A stretch of DNA of 24,743 bases from a virus. Its lineage: Duplodnaviria > Caudoviricetes. The position numbers and the translations under genes are program-made. Positions within the stretch are counted from its first letter, which is position 1. Each line of letters begins with the position of its first letter. Of this stretch, positions 16,524 through 24,676 are shown one piece after another. The DNA is taken from the IMG/VR virus record IMGVR_UViG_3300017988_000211, positions 1 to 24,743 of that record, one strand, 5' to 3'. The notes beneath the pieces were generated by a model. It worked only from the letters and a program-made list of their open reading frames with translations, was not told the origin of the DNA and ran no database searches.

Positions 16524-16571
16524 TTGTCCTCCGCATTGGGATAGACCCCTTACAGGGCGGTCCCTAGCCTA

Positions 16572-17009
16572 TCAAATTTCGTCTTGACCTGGGGTGGGCC
16601 GGATGGCGGCCCCTGGTCCGTTCTGAGTGGATTCTTCACCCTTGACAGAGATCTTGTCAAGAAGATCTTTTGCTTGGTGCGCCCGTTCCCGGAGCTTGAT
16701 ATAGATCTGGACCGCTTCCTCCAAGGCCAGGAGCATAACCTTCGCTTGGATAAAGGCCTCTTCCGACTCCGGTGCGCGGTTAAGAAGCAGGTTGTCGATG
16801 GCGTCCTCGAGCACTTCGCGCTGGTTCTTGGCCCGCTTATGCAGCTCCAGGATGAAGGTCTCCCAAGCAGGCAGCAGGGCCATATCGCGGACCGCATTGT
16901 AGGCCGCCATGGCGTTGACGCACTCCTCGATCCCCCTCTCGCGCTGTTTCTTTGCGGAATCCAAAAGTCCAAGCGGGTCGGCCTGTGAAATCTCTGGCTC
17001 TAAATCCAT
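16572..17009 (-). CDS. Small helical protein between portal and scaffold
   Basis: 145 aa with AAGGAGG SD; typical position of a small coiled-coil head gene. Confidence 0.7.
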   Translation of the reverse strand: MDLEPEISQADPLGLLDSAKKQRERGIEECVNAMAAYNAVRDMALLPAWETFILELHKRAKNQREVLEDAIDNLLLNRAPESEEAFIQAKVMLLALEEAVQIYIKLRERAHQAKDLLDKISVKGEESTQNGPGAAIRPTPGQDEI

Positions 17010-17018
17010 TCCCCCTCC

Positions 17019-19055
17019 TTATGCCCCTGTTGGCGTTCCTGGAACAAATCCTGGCTGCGGCGCGATCGGCGGCCCTGCGGGAGCTGGAGCGCCTGCTGGT
17101 GCTCCCGGTGCCCCTGGAGGCAGACCTGCCCCGGTTCCTGGCTGCGCGACGGGGTGCATCGAGAAGTAGCTGCGCCCGTTGCGGACCCCGGCCTTCGGCA
17201 GGATCTCCTTGAGGATGAAATCCATGACGTCGAAGTGCCACATATTGCCCTTGCCGTCGATCATGGCCTGTGGGTTCGTCACCTGGAGCTGGCCGAGCTG
17301 CTGCGCGATCTGCATCTGGCTTTGGAGCTGGGCTCGGGAATCATTCAGGGCCGCCGAAGTGACAGGGACGAAGAAGTAGTCGTTGACCAGATCCTCGCGG
17401 GTGATCTCGCGTGGCGCGCCGTCCAAGGTGCTCTCGCGGACCACCAGGTCCCCATCCTTCGCCCACTTGCGGATCGACCACCAAAAGAGGTTCGCCATCC
17501 CCGCGAAGAACTCATAGCTGAACATGTCGACGAAGAGCTGGAAGCGCGTCCCGTTGTTGGCGTTCGTGATGGCCGCCGCCGTGGCTGTGGCATTCGCCAG
17601 CTCCGCGTCGGGGACGCCCTGGGCCTGCTCGTTGGCTGCGACTGTCTCCTGCGCCTGCTGGATGACCCACTGGCGCTCTGCCGAGACAGCCTTGATCTGG
17701 TTGCCGTCGATTGGGTTGGACTTCACCTTTTCCGGATCGGTGACGGCGATGATCGAAAGCTCGTCTTGGAAGAGCCTCAGCGTATCGAGCCCGGCTGCGC
17801 GCGAGACGAATGTGGGGTTGCGGGCCACCTTCTTGATCAGCTTGCCGACGGATTCGTGCAGGTTGTTCGCGTCGACCTGGAGGCCCATGATCGGGAAGAG
17901 GACCGAGTTTCCCAGCAGCTCGCGAGGCATCAAGGACTGGCGGCAGGAGAAGAACGGATGGTGCGGACCGCCTCCGCTCTCGTCTGTCCATGGGTTCGGC
18001 TCGCACTTCACCAGCGTCTTGTCGTTGACGATCATGAAGTGCAAAGAGACCTTCTCCCACTTCTTGGTCCCATTGGCTTGCGGGGCGTGGTAGGGAATCC
18101 AGCCGAACCACTCGTCGAGAAGTCGGACGCTTTCGTCCTGGGTGCCTTCCGAAGGGCCGACCGAACCTGGGCCGAGGAGCTGCTTGCGCTTCAAGTCTGG
18201 GTTCTGCTGCTCGAGCTTGGTGCTCTCCGCGATCTTCTCGATCTCGTTGACATCCTGGATGTCGCCCTTCTCCTCCATTAGCAGCAGATCCGTGGTCGTC
18301 GGGAACTGGCGATGGGCGACGAACTCCGAGTTTTGGATCCTGAAGCTCTCGCGATCGTCCCAGATCAAGTTCTGCATCGGGACGCCTTCCCAGGTCGGCC
18401 CGTGGACCTTCTTAATCATCCGGACCTCGCCGATCACAGCGCCTGGAACGTCGCCGCCGATCGGATCCTTGAGCATAACCGGGGGAGGGATCGTCTCGAG
18501 CTCGCGCTCCTCCCAGGAGACGCGACCGAAGGCGGTCCCCTCGATCTTGAGGCCCTTCATGAAGTCGAAGGCCTTCTCCCCTGTGCGAGCCTGGGAGAAG
18601 AGCAGCTCCTGGTTCATCAGGTCCTCGATCGTCGTCTTGTTCTCATTGTCGAACTGCTGGCTGCGCGGCTGCGCGTCGACGACCTTCGCTCGGGAAAAAG
18701 CGGCCTGATAGCTCTTGGCCGTGTCGGTTTCGATGATGGAGTTGGAAAGAGGGATGTGGCTCGGGCTCGCCTGCCCCGCCATCATCTTGCCCGTATAGGC
18801 CTTCCAGGCGTTCATGACCTTCTCCGCCTGGCCGTTTGAGTCCCCGAACCAACGCTGGTGGCGCTTCTTCTTCTTGAAGGCCCATTCCATCAGCGCGTCC
18901 TTTGTCAGGCCTTCTGGCAGCATGACCGGGAAGGGCTTGTCACCCATCGGCCGCTTCTCATCGTGGGGCGCCTGCGGATCGTTGTCGAAGCCGCTCGGAT
19001 CCGGATCCGGTGGATCCGAGGAGCTGAAGGTCTGGGACTCGCCGCTGGGGATCAT
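17019..19055 (-). CDS. Portal protein (P22-like)
   Basis: 678 aa with motifs EGTAFGRVSW, HHPFFS..LMPRELLGNS..IMGLQ..N and QG...NATATAA; Pro/Gly tail; lies after the terminase. Confidence 0.85.
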   Translation of the reverse strand: MIPSGESQTFSSSDPPDPDPSGFDNDPQAPHDEKRPMGDKPFPVMLPEGLTKDALMEWAFKKKKRHQRWFGDSNGQAEKVMNAWKAYTGKMMAGQASPSHIPLSNSIIETDTAKSYQAAFSRAKVVDAQPRSQQFDNENKTTIEDLMNQELLFSQARTGEKAFDFMKGLKIEGTAFGRVSWEERELETIPPPVMLKDPIGGDVPGAVIGEVRMIKKVHGPTWEGVPMQNLIWDDRESFRIQNSEFVAHRQFPTTTDLLLMEEKGDIQDVNEIEKIAESTKLEQQNPDLKRKQLLGPGSVGPSEGTQDESVRLLDEWFGWIPYHAPQANGTKKWEKVSLHFMIVNDKTLVKCEPNPWTDESGGGPHHPFFSCRQSLMPRELLGNSVLFPIMGLQVDANNLHESVGKLIKKVARNPTFVSRAAGLDTLRLFQDELSIIAVTDPEKVKSNPIDGNQIKAVSAERQWVIQQAQETVAANEQAQGVPDAELANATATAAAITNANNGTRFQLFVDMFSYEFFAGMANLFWWSIRKWAKDGDLVVRESTLDGAPREITREDLVNDYFFVPVTSAALNDSRAQLQSQMQIAQQLGQLQVTNPQAMIDGKGNMWHFDVMDFILKEILPKAGVRNGRSYFSMHPVAQPGTGAGLPPGAPGAPAGAPAPAGPPIAPQPGFVPGTPTGA

Positions 19056-19064
19056 CTGGCCCTC

Positions 19065-19379
19065 TTACTTGAAGGTGACGAGGATATCGTCGTGGCTGAT
19101 GACGATGTAGCTGGTCTCGCCGAGACGGAAGTCGTTCCCGGCGTACTTGCTGAAGAGCACCTTCTGGCCCGGCTTCAGATTGATCGGCCGAAGCTTGCCA
19201 TCGACGATGCGCCCCTCCCCCACCGCGACGACGGTGCCGCGGTTCGGCTTATCCTGCGCCGTCTCCGGAACCACCAGCGTCAGCGTGCCATGCTTCATCT
19301 CTTTGTCTTCAGGGATCGGAATGACCAAAATGTGGTCGCCGATCGGCTGGATCTCGCTCTTCACCTTGGCTTCAGTCAC
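19065..19379 (-). CDS. groES: GroES/Cpn10 co-chaperonin
   Basis: Motifs IQPIGDHILV, PETAQDKPNRGTVVAVGEG, LKPGQKVLFSKYAG and DDIL. GTG start overlaps the terL stop by 8 nt. Confidence 0.93.
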   Translation of the reverse strand: MTEAKVKSEIQPIGDHILVIPIPEDKEMKHGTLTLVVPETAQDKPNRGTVVAVGEGRIVDGKLRPINLKPGQKVLFSKYAGNDFRLGETSYIVISHDDILVTFK

Positions 19380-20808
19380 GGCCGTCCCCCAGGAAGTATT
19401 TATCCAGGATCATGTTGTCAAACTCGTTTTTGTTCTTCCGCTGCATGGGCTTCGGCGTCGAGACCGTCTCCAAAACTCCCATGACAAGATACCGCAGCGC
19501 GTCGGGCGGGTCATCATCTTTCTTAATCGGCCGATCTGTGTTGTCCATGTTGCGGTTCGGAGGCTGCCAGGCGTAGAGCTTCATCGTGCGGACGAGCTGC
19601 GGGCAGAGGTCTCGGAAGATGAAGAGCTTCGGCTTGACCTTCCGCTCTGGGTCGAAGTGCAGGCGCTCGGCGACCTTGTTGATCCCGGCCGCGACGGAGT
19701 TGTTGGCAGGGGTGCCGTAGACCTTGTTCTCCGCGAACTCCCCCATCACCGTCCGCTCGACGACCCCGTGGTGCTGGTTGGTGGATGGATCGAAAAAGGC
19801 GCAGAGTCCGCCGTCATCCGCCCGCTGGACCGCCGAGTGCTTCTTGCTCTTCTGGTGCATATACTCCGCAACTTCGGAGACTAGCTTGCCCACGCAGTAA
19901 ATCTCGTCGTAAATGTAGAGCTCCCCCTTCTCGTTGATCGCCCCCCAGAGAACGCAGCAGGGATGGTTGAAGCCCCAATCCAAAGCGACAAAGCGGGGCC
20001 AGTGGGAGGGGATCCTGAAGGGCTCGACGCAATGAACCGTCTCGTCGAACTCCTGGTAGACGGCGCCGCCCCTGATGTCCCAGGAGCCGTTGAGGAATCG
20101 CTCGACCCATGCCTTTGGGTGGGTACGAAGTAGCTCCTCGATGAAGCCCGGCGGCAGGTTCTTCCGGTTGTGCTCTACCGTCGTCTGGAAGTGGAGCCAC
20201 TCTTTGGCCTCCTTATCAAAGAGAAACTCCTTCAGCCAGCCAGGGTCCGGGTTCGCCGCGATCGACTCGAAGGTCTGCGGGTAATAGCCCATCCGCGTCT
20301 TGAACTCTTCCCGGCGCTTTTGGTTCCACCAGCTTAGGCGGGAGCGGACGTGGTCGAAGACCTCCGGGTCCACCTCCTCGAGCTGATCCAAGAAGTACTC
20401 CGAGATCTCAAGCCCGAGCTGCTTGCCGATCTTGTCGATGGGTCGGAAGTGGATCGCGGAGGGAAGCCACTTGGTCCGCAGGTAGATCGAGTGTCCGCCG
20501 GCGCTGCCGTCGCTCCTGATGACCAGCGGCCCAGGCTCGAGCGCATTGCCCCCGTTGCGGGTCGCGATCAGCCCCAGGACTTCCTTCATCGTCGTCGCCT
20601 TCAAGTCCGTGAAGTACTTGCGGCCGACCAGGATATTCGAGCCGGGCATGATGTCGGCGTGGTAGAGGATTCGCGCCGCGCCCCCGAGCGTCTTTCCCGA
20701 GCGAATGGCTCCGGTATAGGCCGTCTTGCGCTTCACCGAGAAGACGAACTCCTCCTGCATCGGATTGTTCTCGAAGCTCAGGATCGTCGGGTCCGCTACC
20801 TCGGTCAT
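19372..20808 (-). CDS. terL: Terminase large subunit
   Basis: Q motif MQEEF, Walker A GAIRSGKT, Walker B region YFLDQLEE, motif III ANP, nuclease motifs LDWGFNHP and DDPPDALRY. Confidence 0.95.
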   Translation of the reverse strand: MTEVADPTILSFENNPMQEEFVFSVKRKTAYTGAIRSGKTLGGAARILYHADIMPGSNILVGRKYFTDLKATTMKEVLGLIATRNGGNALEPGPLVIRSDGSAGGHSIYLRTKWLPSAIHFRPIDKIGKQLGLEISEYFLDQLEEVDPEVFDHVRSRLSWWNQKRREEFKTRMGYYPQTFESIAANPDPGWLKEFLFDKEAKEWLHFQTTVEHNRKNLPPGFIEELLRTHPKAWVERFLNGSWDIRGGAVYQEFDETVHCVEPFRIPSHWPRFVALDWGFNHPCCVLWGAINEKGELYIYDEIYCVGKLVSEVAEYMHQKSKKHSAVQRADDGGLCAFFDPSTNQHHGVVERTVMGEFAENKVYGTPANNSVAAGINKVAERLHFDPERKVKPKLFIFRDLCPQLVRTMKLYAWQPPNRNMDNTDRPIKKDDDPPDALRYLVMGVLETVSTPKPMQRKNKNEFDNMILDKYFLGDGRD

Positions 20809-21080
20809 CGGAACTCTTCTTTGAAGCCCGAGCCCTTGCAGCTCTGGCAGATCTTCATCCGAAGGGCAGTATCAGCCTCCACAACCCCTTTGCCTCGACA
20901 ATCCTCGCAAGCGGCATTGGAATCAAACCACATCTCGATCTGCTGAAGCGTCGGGTACTCCGGGAAGCAGCAGACGCCCTTGGGGTTCCAAGTCGCCCCG
21001 ATGAAGTGGTCCGGAGGTAGTTCGTGGGCCTGCGTCCAGGCGTCCAGCTTCTGGTTGAGGTTGCGGATTGTTGGGAACAC
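20805..21080 (-). CDS. Small protein with a DnaJ-type zinc finger
   Basis: CEDCRGKG and CQSCKGSG (two CxxCxGxG repeats); ATGA overlap with terL. Confidence 0.65.
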   Translation of the reverse strand: MFPTIRNLNQKLDAWTQAHELPPDHFIGATWNPKGVCCFPEYPTLQQIEMWFDSNAACEDCRGKGVVEADTALRMKICQSCKGSGFKEEFR

Positions 21081-21911
21081 TTACATAACCGTGATCGCCC
21101 AGCCGCCAGGCTCGAAGCCTCCGACGGGCGCGTTGTCGTCCCCGTTGTCCATGGTGTTGCTGTTGACGACGGCTCCGGGCGGAACTAACGACATCGCGAG
21201 CTTGGTAAAGGGCGCCTTCAGCTCCTTGAGCGCCTTCTCCAAGTCCAGGCCCTGGCCCATCACCTGCGCCTTGCGCGGAAGATAGATCGTTGTCTGTCCC
21301 GCCTTCATCCGGTCGAAGACCATCTGGGCCGACTTCCGGACACCCTCATTGGGGTCGCGGCGGTAGCGTTCGGTGAGCTGCGCGTCGAGGTTCTTCAGAA
21401 GCGTCCGCGTATTCTCGATCGGCGTCTTCAGGTTGTTCCCCTTCCGCTTGATCTCGTCGTACTCCTCCTTGGTCAGGTGGGTACGCTTGCTGGGTTGCTC
21501 ACCCTCCAGGATATAGCCGCTGCCCGTCTCGTTTTCCTGGATCTCCAGGCAAAGCGTCCCTGTCGTGAACGCCACGGCCTCGCCGCACTCCGGGCAGTCC
21601 TGGTTGAAGCCTTCAATCTCGTCAGCTCCCTCCCAGTTGTGGCCCTTAGCGCAGATCCAGGTGCACTTCGCCGTCCCGGCCTTGGGGAGAGACTCAGGCA
21701 CTGCCACCTTAGGCACGGCCCTGCGGACCGGAGCGGCCGGAAGAGGCGACTGCTCCATCGAGACGGCAGGCCCTACAGCCATCGTCGGCCCGACGTAGTT
21801 GATCAGCGCCTGGAGCCTGATGGGCGCGAGCTGCTCGTTCTTCTTGGCCTTGACCAAGTCGTCGAAAAGGATCTTGAAGGTTGGGTCCTGCCAGAGTTCT
21901 GCGGCGTTCAT
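21081..21911 (-). CDS. Hypothetical protein with a zinc ribbon
   Basis: 276 aa with CAKGH..CPECG; GAGGA SD; TAATG coupling with the upstream gene. Confidence 0.7.
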   Translation of the reverse strand: MNAAELWQDPTFKILFDDLVKAKKNEQLAPIRLQALINYVGPTMAVGPAVSMEQSPLPAAPVRRAVPKVAVPESLPKAGTAKCTWICAKGHNWEGADEIEGFNQDCPECGEAVAFTTGTLCLEIQENETGSGYILEGEQPSKRTHLTKEEYDEIKRKGNNLKTPIENTRTLLKNLDAQLTERYRRDPNEGVRKSAQMVFDRMKAGQTTIYLPRKAQVMGQGLDLEKALKELKAPFTKLAMSLVPPGAVVNSNTMDNGDDNAPVGGFEPGGWAITVM

Positions 21912-22147
21912 TAATTCCTCGTCAGAAGGTAAAGCGGCGCAACCTGGACCAAGCTGCCGGGGGAAAGATTCAAAACGTCCCTGCAGACCCTGGCCGTCTC
22001 CTTGGCTCTAGCAGCCGTGCGCCTCACGCGATCCTTGGTCAATTCATCGGCCGAGCAGTAGCTACAGACGAACGGACCGGAGCAGTTCTCCCAAACGCGG
22101 AAGGAGGCGAGGCACTCCTTGCAGTAGACCGTCTTGGCCTGCATCAC
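21911..22147 (-). CDS. Small zinc-ribbon protein
   Basis: 78 aa with CKEC..CSYC; overlapping start and stop codons on both sides. Confidence 0.6.
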   Translation of the reverse strand: MMQAKTVYCKECLASFRVWENCSGPFVCSYCSADELTKDRVRRTAARAKETARVCRDVLNLSPGSLVQVAPLYLLTRN

Positions 22148-22344
22148 TTCTCCCTCCCCATGTTGACCCAGGCCCTAACCGTCCACGGCCCGAAGTCCAG
22201 GAACAGACCCACTGGCCTTCTCGGCTCCGAGCCCCAGAGTATGATCGCGGCCCCGATGGCCCAATTGTCCAGGTTGCGCCGTGCGTCCAGATTGAAGCGC
22301 GGCTGCCTTTCGTCGCCGTCACATTCTCGGCCAAAGCCGATCAT
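22144..22344 (-). CDS. Small hypothetical protein
   Basis: Start reassigned to the ATG at 22344 (ATGA overlap), giving 66 aa MIGFGREC...MGREK; fills the gap exactly. Confidence 0.55.
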   Translation of the reverse strand: MIGFGRECDGDERQPRFNLDARRNLDNWAIGAAIILWGSEPRRPVGLFLDFGPWTVRAWVNMGREK

Positions 22345-22808
22345 TTCTTGGCTCTCCTTTGAGCCCTGTTGAGCGTCAGCGTGAGCGCCGGGCTGATGAT
22401 GACCTTTCCGTGCCGATCTCGGAAAGGTAGCATGATCTTCGAGTTGTCCTCCTTGGCGAGCTGGCCCGGAGACTTGCGGACCACGAAGACCTTCACGCCT
22501 AAGCCGTTCGCCTCCGCAGCCTGGTCGATCTCGTTGAACTCCTCCTGGAGAGCTTGGAGGCTGGATTCGTTCCACTCGCCCTTAAGGAAGACCGCAAGGT
22601 GGTCGAGGTCGTTGAAAGGCAGAGGCTTCGCCGTTCCGCTTTCGGGCTCAGGCTCCAAGCTCTGCGGCTTCGCGCTCGTCACCGTGTCGCAGATGATACA
22701 GCGGTACTCGCCATCGCTGAACCGGAAGGTAGTTTCCTCATGGCAGTTGACGCAGAGCTCGGTGCGGTCCGGATTCGGCCTTGGCTCCTCAGCGGTCCCT
22801 GTGCTCAT
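22341..22808 (-). CDS. Hypothetical protein with an N-terminal zinc ribbon
   Basis: 155 aa with CVNC..CIIC, a C-terminal NRAQRRA motif and a GGGAG SD. Confidence 0.7.
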   Translation of the reverse strand: MSTGTAEEPRPNPDRTELCVNCHEETTFRFSDGEYRCIICDTVTSAKPQSLEPEPESGTAKPLPFNDLDHLAVFLKGEWNESSLQALQEEFNEIDQAAEANGLGVKVFVVRKSPGQLAKEDNSKIMLPFRDRHGKVIISPALTLTLNRAQRRAKK

Positions 22809-22878
22809 CGCTCCCCCAGATTCGATTCTTCCGGAACTTGATCCACTTCCTTTTCAGCCAAGCCTCTAACCGCTCCAT
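22789..22878 (-). CDS. Possible 29-aa basic amphipathic peptide
   Basis: Hand translation MERLEAWLKRKWIKFRKNRIWGSDEHRDR fills the gap between two genes; the SD is weak. Confidence 0.35.
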   Translation of the reverse strand: MERLEAWLKRKWIKFRKNRIWGSDEHRDR

Positions 22879-22886
22879 CGCCCAGG

Positions 22887-23135
22887 TCAGCGAGGTCGCC
22901 CGGTATTTGGCTTGGGCGCCTGGGGGTCCTTGGCCTTCTCCTCAGCCTGACGCTTCGCGTGCGACTCGCGGTGCTCGTGCCTGACCTTACCTTCGACCCC
23001 TTGCAGGCGGTGGAACTCCAGGACGTTCGCCTCGCGCTGCTTAATCTGCGCCGAGGTAAGCTCGCTGTCCGGGACCACCTGCGGAACCGTAGGCTTCTTG
23101 ACCGGGTATTCCTTCGGGAGTTTCTTGGCTGTCAC
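22887..23135 (-). CDS. Small basic hypothetical protein
   Basis: 82 aa, GTGA overlap with the upstream gene, GGAGG SD. Confidence 0.65.
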   Translation of the reverse strand: MTAKKLPKEYPVKKPTVPQVVPDSELTSAQIKQREANVLEFHRLQGVEGKVRHEHRESHAKRQAEEKAKDPQAPKPNTGRPR

Positions 23136-23587
23136 TTCCCCTCCATAAGTGCCTTCGTGGCCCGCCTGGCCGCCTCGCTCTCTGGAAAGAGAGGTGGAAT
23201 GACGATGTTGATCTGCTGCGCCAGCGTCGCGTTCGGCTCCTCACGCTCCATGACCTGGGCCAGCACCTTCAGCGCGAACTCCCCTGCCTTGACCGGGCCT
23301 GCCTCCACCGACATCCTAGCAAGCGCCTCGGAGACCCTGCGCTGTGCCACGATCCCAAGCGGCAGGTTCCGTGAGTGGATCGTCCCCAGGGATGACCGCT
23401 TCCGCTCCCGGATGAAGGCCGCACTGGTGAGCTGGTAAGGGAGTGGAACCTCCCTGCTCTCACAGAACTCCCTTAGTGTCCGGCCATGCGGCGCCCAATC
23501 CGCGTCGAACTGCGCGACCAGGAGCGCCCAATCATGGGCGTTCGCTCGCCCCCCTCCGGTTGGGTTCCTGATCGTCTTCTTGTTCAT
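23132..23587 (-). CDS. Probable terminase small subunit
   Basis: 151 aa with an HTH-like N-terminus (DW...TLREFCESREVP), helical middle and C-terminal QINIVIP strand; lies upstream of terL. Confidence 0.5.
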   Translation of the reverse strand: MNKKTIRNPTGGGRANAHDWALLVAQFDADWAPHGRTLREFCESREVPLPYQLTSAAFIRERKRSSLGTIHSRNLPLGIVAQRRVSEALARMSVEAGPVKAGEFALKVLAQVMEREEPNATLAQQINIVIPPLFPESEAARRATKALMEGK

Positions 23588-23766
23588 CCTACGACCCTCT
23601 TAAATTCAGTCCAGACGAAGCCCCAACAAACACCATCGTTGAACCGCTTGTAGCTTCTAGCCGTCCACTTCCCGCCAAGCTGGGCCTCAAGCAGATCTAA
23701 GAAGGCCTGCGGCACGGTGCGTCCCGGCGTCCACCTGCCCTCCTTAAGCACGACCTTCGTGATCAA
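23584..23766 (-). CDS. Small hypothetical protein
   Basis: 60 aa with 4-nt start/stop overlaps on both sides (TTG start). Confidence 0.5.
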   Translation of the reverse strand: MITKVVLKEGRWTPGRTVPQAFLDLLEAQLGGKWTARSYKRFNDGVCWGFVWTEFKRVVG

Positions 23767-24053
23767 ACCTTGCCCCGCATCTGGGAAGCCTTCTTGATCG
23801 TCGCCGCCAGCCCGTCTTCCTTGTCCGCCAACGGTTGCACCTTCGGCAGCGGAGGCTTGACCTCACCCTTCCGCCCGGCCGCCGCGCGCTCACGGCCACG
23901 GGCCGACATCTCAGCCATCTGCTCGCCGCCGAACTTCTTGCGGCCGATCGACGCCGCCAGCGCACCAGGGTTCTTCACGCCGGACTTGCCCGCGAGCTCG
24001 CCCTTCAACTTCGCAAACTGCCCTCCACCACCAGTTTTCATGCTCTTTCCCAT
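23763..24053 (-). CDS. Small basic phage protein
   Basis: 96 aa with strong TAAGGAG SD. The motif NPGALAASIGRKKFG resembles a small phage protein family, from recollection only. Confidence 0.7.
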   Translation of the reverse strand: MGKSMKTGGGGQFAKLKGELAGKSGVKNPGALAASIGRKKFGGEQMAEMSARGRERAAAGRKGEVKPPLPKVQPLADKEDGLAATIKKASQMRGKV

Positions 24054-24099
24054 GGCTTTCTCCTTATAAGCGAAAACAGATTCAGGGCCGAATGCCCGA

Positions 24100-24372
24100 C
24101 TACTTGGGAATTAGATTGATCGTGAGCTTGGAATCAAGGGCCTTAGCGACCGCTTCCACGTCCGTCAGGGTTGGATTTGCCTGGGCCTTCTCAATCCTAT
24201 GGACCGCGTCCCGACCTAGCCCAGCCTTCTCGGATACTTGGTGCTGGGAAAGTCTTAGGGTCTTGCGTCTTATTAGGGTTTGGTCGGCGAGAGATAGTAT
24301 GGCCTTCCCGGCTTTCTGTACCTTGACTTCAGGGTTGATTCCTTCGGGGAGTTTGCCTCGGATTCTGCTCAT
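24100..24372 (-). CDS. XRE-family helix-turn-helix transcriptional regulator
   Basis: RRKTLRLSQHQVSEKAGLGRDAVHRIEKAQANPTLTDVEAVAKALD. Start placed at ATG 24372, since the ATG at 24384 lies within the putative -10. Confidence 0.85.
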   Translation of the reverse strand: MSRIRGKLPEGINPEVKVQKAGKAILSLADQTLIRRKTLRLSQHQVSEKAGLGRDAVHRIEKAQANPTLTDVEAVAKALDSKLTINLIPK

Positions 24373-24379
24373 AGGTGGG

Positions 24380-24409
24380 ATCATTACCGACTAAAAGGGT
24401 ATTTGTCAA
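24380..24409 (-). promoter_or_regulatory. Putative sigma70 promoter of the HTH gene
   Basis: Perfect TTGACA (24409-24404), then (T)AATGAT at 17-18 nt spacing, then ATG 7 nt later; the -10 is imperfect. Confidence 0.5.
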
Positions 24410-24410
24410 T

Positions 24411-24584
24411 CTATTTGGTTAAACGGATTTGGTTCTGCTCCTGCGCCTTGCGCGCTTGGACCTGAATAATCCTACCAATTACTGCCTGATTCGTCTCGCG
24501 GGTCGGTTGAGAAATAATTAGCTTGAGGGCCGGGATGAAGACCTCTCGGGTGAACTTATTGAGGATCGGTCGTCTTGGTTTCAT
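24411..24584 (-). CDS. Possible 57-aa basic protein
   Basis: Hand translation MKPRRPILNKFTREVFIPALKLII...IRLTK fills the space between the tRNA and the promoter; no clear SD. Confidence 0.4.
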   Translation of the reverse strand: MKPRRPILNKFTREVFIPALKLIISQPTRETNQAVIGRIIQVQARKAQEQNQIRLTK

Positions 24585-24586
24585 TT

Positions 24587-24673
24587 TGGCAGAGAGCCTC
24601 GGAGTCGAACCGAGTATACCACAAGGGTATTCACGCTTTCCAGGCGTGTGCCTTACCGTCCGGCCCGCTCTCT
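24587..24673 (-). tRNA. tRNA-Ser(GGA)
   Basis: Acceptor stem AGAGAGC/GCTCTCT, anticodon arm CACGC-CTGGAAA-GCGTG, long variable arm ATACC/GGTAT, T arm CTCGG-TTCGACT-CCGAG, 3' end GCCA. Confidence 0.9.
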
Positions 24674-24676
24674 ATT

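Noticed and set aside
13828-18281. Long plus-strand ORFs (e.g. 13828-15165, 15531-16505, 17154-18281)
   Set aside because: They are antisense shadows of high-GC3 capsid, scaffold and portal genes, with no recognisable motifs.
18997-19020. Three clustered GGATCC palindromes
   Set aside because: They are explained by the SDPPDPDP low-complexity N-terminus of the portal.
22345-22575. 5' extension of ORF 22144-22575
   Set aside because: It overlaps the 155-aa gene entirely; the coupled ATG at 22344 is the more plausible start.
301-24584. Genome-wide stop-codon reassignment
   Set aside because: Genes are full length under code 11, all three stop codons terminate genes, and the visible tRNAs are not suppressors.
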